IMG/VR virus record: IMGVR_UViG_3300035183_000460
Span: 48,563 to 112,562 of that record
Strand: one strand, 5' to 3'
DNA: 64,000 nt
Source of the DNA: a virus
The position numbers were made by a program, and so were the translations under genes. A model generated the notes under the pieces. It did no database searches. It saw nothing but the letters and a program-made list of their open reading frames with translations, and was not told the DNA's origin. Positions 59,433-64,000 of the stretch are shown one piece after another (position 1 is the stretch's first letter; each line of letters starts with the position of its first letter).

Positions 59433-62400
59433 ATGAGTAATTTTCCGTTTGACATAGATGATGATGTCACATTACCACCAGTTAATAATAATATTACAGA
59501 GATAGGCGCAGAGGCAATCAATGCTGTTCGTGATGCCGTTTTCTCAATAGAAAAAGAAATAGGTATTGGTGCATCTGGTTCTGCCGGTAGTATAGCCGCT
59601 CGTTTAGGCGTTAGTTTAGATGCCGCAGGAAATATAAAGCCATCGGCTATTACATCTATGGGATTAGTAACGCTTCCAATTTATAATTTTCATATTGCGG
59701 AAAATGCTCAAATTTTAGAATCAAAATTAAAGCTTGACTACAGAACATCTGATTTATTTAATTATATAAAAGATTTAGTCCGTGATGTAAATTCTTCAAT
59801 TGGATGGATTAATGCCACAGGCATGAAATTAGATCCTCATATTTTTGGCGCATTATATCGTCATGAATTAAGTCATATTGATGTTAATGCTTCAAGTAAT
59901 AATTATTTAAAAAATAAATTTGATGTATTAAGAGACAATCTAAATGCATTTAATTTATTAAATGATATAAATTCAGAATTAGTTAAACACCAAAAATTAG
60001 ATGGATCATATAATACAAGTTCTCATATAATTACAGATAATGGTAGTATATTACCTGCAAGATATGCTCATCCCGCATCTGGTATATTTTTAAATACAAG
60101 CAGATTTTCTTCAATTCCACAAACGGCACAAGATTTACAACAATTTGTTGAATTTATTGATAGCGCAAGCATTTTCTTATATGGAACTAGAATTCAAAAT
60201 TTATATTCAAATGGAATTTCTAAATTCTCTAGATCTTCAACTTTAACGTTTGATGGATATGGTCAGACTATAATTCCTCCAACTAAGGCAACAACTTATC
60301 TTTTAAATGGATTAAGCAGTGTCCCTGTTGATAATATTGATTATGGCGATGATATTATAGAATTTAAGCCATCTGTTACAGAATTATCAAACAATACATT
60401 TGATTCTAAATTTCAATTAGTCAAAGCTGGTGATATTTTACGAATAAATTACGGATCTCTTGAAACAACATTTATAATTAAAGAAAAAAAATACATCCAG
60501 AATGGATCAAACAAGAAATTCTATGTTAGAATAAATGGCAAAAATTTGCTCGCAACTACAACTGCCAGTGCCAGGATTGATAAGCCATTAGTTAATCAAA
60601 ACAAATATGGTGTATTGGCTGTATCTGCAGCCAATAACGAATCTAGCTTAAATCCAAGCTTGATTGTTACCAGTCCTAGATCTGCAATGGCTTTAGGTCT
60701 TGGATTTAATCCTAATTTAATTGATTCTACTCACTATTTATTATATTTGGCTATATATCCTACTGGTAATCCTAGTGATGGCTATACTATTTTGCCTGGC
60801 ATTGATATTACTGGTAATTTAGGATCTACTCCAGGACAATATACATTATATTCTATAATTGAAGCAACTAATAACGCTTTTAGGAAAAAAGGATATAATT
60901 TTAGATTTAATGCTTTTCAATATGGTGGAGAATTTGGTATTGCATTAGATCCATATAATAACGCATCATTTTCAATCATAAGTGGTGTAGTTGATCATAC
61001 TGGTGGATATAACCAATCTGGTACATTATTAAATTTTCCAAATAACGTAGTTGGTGTATTCGGATCTAATGGCAAACAGGCTCCTGATGCATTGGGGTTT
61101 GGACCTAATGGTTCTGGTGTTGCAAGTCCACTGCCACAATCAAGTTATTTAACTCCTGAACAAGCTATTAGATCTACTAGAGTTTTTGTTCCGCTAAGAA
61201 GAAATACATATTATGTAGATGGTACAGAACGCGATCGATTACTTACTGATATTGGTCAAGTTCTGGATGTTTATGGAGATGGCTATTGGGTGGCTACAAT
61301 TGATGATGTAACTCAGCCATCATTAACTCGTGTTGCTACTAAGTTTAGAATACGACAAGATTTAAGCACATCTAAATTGAAAGCTGGTAAGACAATTGTA
61401 GTACAAGGATTGAATTCTTCTGCTGGAGATATTATTAATTATGGTAGATATGTAATCGATAGCGTAGCTTTTGATGCTTGTCCTGACCCAATAACAGATA
61501 TTGTTGTTTATGATTCAGTTCATGGAGTTGGTGCAACACCTTATCCAACATTACCAGTTGGATCACAAGTTAGATTATATTTTGGATCTGATTCTGTTGG
61601 ATTTAATTCAGAAAATTCTTCTGACATAACTTCTGTTGTTGCTGGATTTAAGCGTCATTTTGAAGTTTTGGCTGATAAAAATGGTGATGTTATTACTCAT
61701 GAAAGAGCCAGATTTAATGCTGGAGGATCTAACTTAACAATTAATGGTATAACTTTATATAGTTCACCTAATTTAAGTAATATTTCATTAATAAAAGTTT
61801 CGCCAAAATTAAGAGGGTATAATTTCTTTTCAGGAAATAACTCTATAAATAAAATTTCATTAAATATTATTAATTTTAATTCTTCATCAGGATCATTTGA
61901 TGGGTATTTAGCATCTTATGATGGAACTAATCTTACTAGATTGGGACCTATTACTTCTGGTAGAATAGGAGAAGTAATAAGATTTTACGATGAAACAAAT
62001 ATTGATTATATTGATTTAATATTTGAATTTAATAATTTAGGTAGTTTTTCAAATAATATAGCTGATATTCAGCTATTTCCAACGCTCATGCTAGATAGAG
62101 AATTATTACCACTAGCAACGTGTCAATTAGACGATAGCACCAAAAAAGTAGCATACATAAGAGATGAAAGACAATTTGGTAATGTTAGTGAAGAAGAATT
62201 ATCAACTTCAGCAATACAATTCATTAATGCAGGAGATCGTAATCTTCATGAAAATGGAGTAATTAGGGGTTTTGATTTAGCCAATGATATAGCGAATCCA
62301 GTTAAAGAACAAATTAGTATATCTGGTGGTGTTGCATTAGTAAATGGAAAACTAATACAGATAAATAATACTATTACTTCAATACCTATTATTAAAGAAA

Positions 62401-64000
62401 AAGATCCTTTTTCATCTGTTGAATATAATATTAATTGGGCACTTTGTATTAATGATAAATCTGAATTACAATCAATTCCATTGTTAGATTATGACTCTTC
62501 TTTTGGTACACCAAACAATCCAAATAGAAAATTTTTGGCTAGAAATCTATTTAATGGTTCATTGTATAACCTTGATGCAATGACATTTTCTCAAATAATA
62601 AATAAAAGGAAAGATCTTTGCATCTTATACATCGTTTCATCTACTGTTACTGGTAGTGGATTATCTACAGATATTTCTTTATCTGTGACAGATGCTAGAA
62701 GATATGTTAATGATGAAGGCTCTAATTTACCACTTAAATTGACATCTGATAAATCACAGGGTAACTTCAGAAATCCTGAGGCTATATTAAATTGGATTAA
62801 GTTTAATAGTACATTTAATAGTAAAGCAATTTTAAAAGGAGCTAATGCTACAATTAATACTGGATTGAATTTGAATTTCTCTAGCACAGTTTATGTTGAT
62901 GGTGAAAATAATGGTTCATTAATATTTAATGCTCCTATAACAATAGGATCTAATTTAAATGTTAAAGATTTAACTTTGACTTTTAATCAGTCATTAACTA
63001 TAACATCTGCAGTAAACAATTTAATATTTGATCATTGTACATTAATTATAGATAATGTGTCTGCAGGTTCAACAGTATTCAATTTTAATAACGCAAATAA
63101 TGTTATATTTAAAGATTGTACAATTAATGTTAGATATACTAGTGCGCCATTAGGTACTGTATTTAATATTGAAAATTCTAATAACATTAATTTTATTAAT
63201 ACTAGTGTATCTGGAATTGGATTATCACCTATATTCCCTGGTACTTCTAATCAAGAAGGTAATCTATTTAATGTAAATAACTCTCCAGGATTATTAATAG
63301 ATAATTGTATATTTAATGGTAACTTTGTTAGATATATGACTATATCTGATTCTTCCAATTTACAGTTGAAAAATAGTATAATTACATCAAGTCATATAGC
63401 AACAAATGATAGTGGATGGAGTTCTACAGATTATGTAAATAGTGCTTCTGGATTAATTTATTCTAATATTGGTGCAACATTATTATCTGATATTATTATA
63501 GATAATTGTACGTTTAATTTTTCTCCAATATCTGCGTCTTCAAATAGGTGGCCAATTATTAGTTTTGAATTAAGTGCTACAACATCTATACTTAAAAATT
63601 TAGTAGTTAAAGATTGTAAATTTAATAATACAAATACCGGCATTGATATTGTAAATGGATACATAGATGATAAAAGACCTGCAATTTCTATTATTAATTC
63701 TAATGCATCTGGTACGTCTACAAGTAATAGTTCGCAGCCATTATTAATCAACGCAGATATAGTTAACAATGTTTGTAATAGAAATCAATCAATTATTTTA
63801 AGTTCTAAGACGGATGGTTCTGGAATAATGACTTATCCGGGATTATCTGTAGTAAATTGTAATATTTCTGGAAATATATGCGGCACAATAGGTTATTGGG
63901 TATCTGCAGGAACACGAGTTAATAATGTTCCAACATCTACAAATTATAATAGTAAAGGTACCGGTTTAATAATTTACAATAATGATTGTCATTATGTAAC
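59433..64000 (+). CDS. Giant tail fibre/spike or baseplate protein with a parallel beta-helix (partial, >1520 aa, missing from the ORF track)
   Basis: MSNFPFDIDDDVTLPPVNNNITEIG... appears open to the window end. Pectin-lyase-type repeats FDHCTL, FKDCTI, IDNCIF, IDNCTF, VKDCKF after ~62.9 kb. Confidence 0.8.
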   Translation, partial: MSNFPFDIDDDVTLPPVNNNITEIGAEAINAVRDAVFSIEKEIGIGASGSAGSIAARLGVSLDAAGNIKPSAITSMGLVTLPIYNFHIAENAQILESKLKLDYRTSDLFNYIKDLVRDVNSSIGWINATGMKLDPHIFGALYRHELSHIDVNASSNNYLKNKFDVLRDNLNAFNLLNDINSELVKHQKLDGSYNTSSHIITDNGSILPARYAHPASGIFLNTSRFSSIPQTAQDLQQFVEFIDSASIFLYGTRIQNLYSNGISKFSRSSTLTFDGYGQTIIPPTKATTYLLNGLSSVPVDNIDYGDDIIEFKPSVTELSNNTFDSKFQLVKAGDILRINYGSLETTFIIKEKKYIQNGSNKKFYVRINGKNLLATTTASARIDKPLVNQNKYGVLAVSAANNESSLNPSLIVTSPRSAMALGLGFNPNLIDSTHYLLYLAIYPTGNPSDGYTILPGIDITGNLGSTPGQYTLYSIIEATNNAFRKKGYNFRFNAFQYGGEFGIALDPYNNASFSIISGVVDHTGGYNQSGTLLNFPNNVVGVFGSNGKQAPDALGFGPNGSGVASPLPQSSYLTPEQAIRSTRVFVPLRRNTYYVDGTERDRLLTDIGQVLDVYGDGYWVATIDDVTQPSLTRVATKFRIRQDLSTSKLKAGKTIVVQGLNSSAGDIINYGRYVIDSVAFDACPDPITDIVVYDSVHGVGATPYPTLPVGSQVRLYFGSDSVGFNSENSSDITSVVAGFKRHFEVLADKNGDVITHERARFNAGGSNLTINGITLYSSPNLSNISLIKVSPKLRGYNFFSGNNSINKISLNIINFNSSSGSFDGYLASYDGTNLTRLGPITSGRIGEVIRFYDETNIDYIDLIFEFNNLGSFSNNIADIQLFPTLMLDRELLPLATCQLDDSTKKVAYIRDERQFGNVSEEELSTSAIQFINAGDRNLHENGVIRGFDLANDIANPVKEQISISGGVALVNGKLIQINNTITSIPIIKEKDPFSSVEYNINWALCINDKSELQSIPLLDYDSSFGTPNNPNRKFLARNLFNGSLYNLDAMTFSQIINKRKDLCILYIVSSTVTGSGLSTDISLSVTDARRYVNDEGSNLPLKLTSDKSQGNFRNPEAILNWIKFNSTFNSKAILKGANATINTGLNLNFSSTVYVDGENNGSLIFNAPITIGSNLNVKDLTLTFNQSLTITSAVNNLIFDHCTLIIDNVSAGSTVFNFNNANNVIFKDCTINVRYTSAPLGTVFNIENSNNINFINTSVSGIGLSPIFPGTSNQEGNLFNVNNSPGLLIDNCIFNGNFVRYMTISDSSNLQLKNSIITSSHIATNDSGWSSTDYVNSASGLIYSNIGATLLSDIIIDNCTFNFSPISASSNRWPIISFELSATTSILKNLVVKDCKFNNTNTGIDIVNGYIDDKRPAISIINSNASGTSTSNSSQPLLINADIVNNVCNRNQSIILSSKTDGSGIMTYPGLSVVNCNISGNICGTIGYWVSAGTRVNNVPTSTNYNSKGTGLIIYNNDCHYV

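Overview
This 64-kb window is very AT-rich, almost entirely + strand, and uses the standard genetic code. It is the virion-morphogenesis region of a large (probably jumbo) tailed bacteriophage. The first half (0.5-34.3 kb) is the head module: gpA-type large terminase, portal, a 1185-aa prohead protease/scaffold, two paralogous decoration-like proteins and the major capsid protein. These are interleaved with about 20 uncharacterised genes that look like inner-head or ejection cargo, including a CCA/poly(A)-polymerase-like nucleotidyltransferase, a GH73 glucosaminidase, a PTP/DSP phosphatase and membrane-helix proteins. The second half (38-64 kb) encodes neck, tail-accessory and fibre proteins, a patatin, an HNH protein, a cold-shock protein, two HExxH proteins, a holin and a >1500-aa beta-helix fibre/spike that runs off the window. 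Five homing-endonuclease-type genes are scattered through it, one fused to a DNA methyltransferase. Main unexplained signals: (1) a DGY tripeptide found about 34 times in 12 outer-virion proteins and never in the inner-head genes; (2) a recurrent K-x-A|S/Q/G putative maturation site plus a shared helical-hairpin module in the head cargo proteins; (3) a likely programmed -1 frameshift or slippage at an A9 run at 23446-23454; (4) three dispersed copies of a ~50-bp hairpin element resembling IS200/IS605 ends. All calls come from reading motifs by eye; no database search was run.
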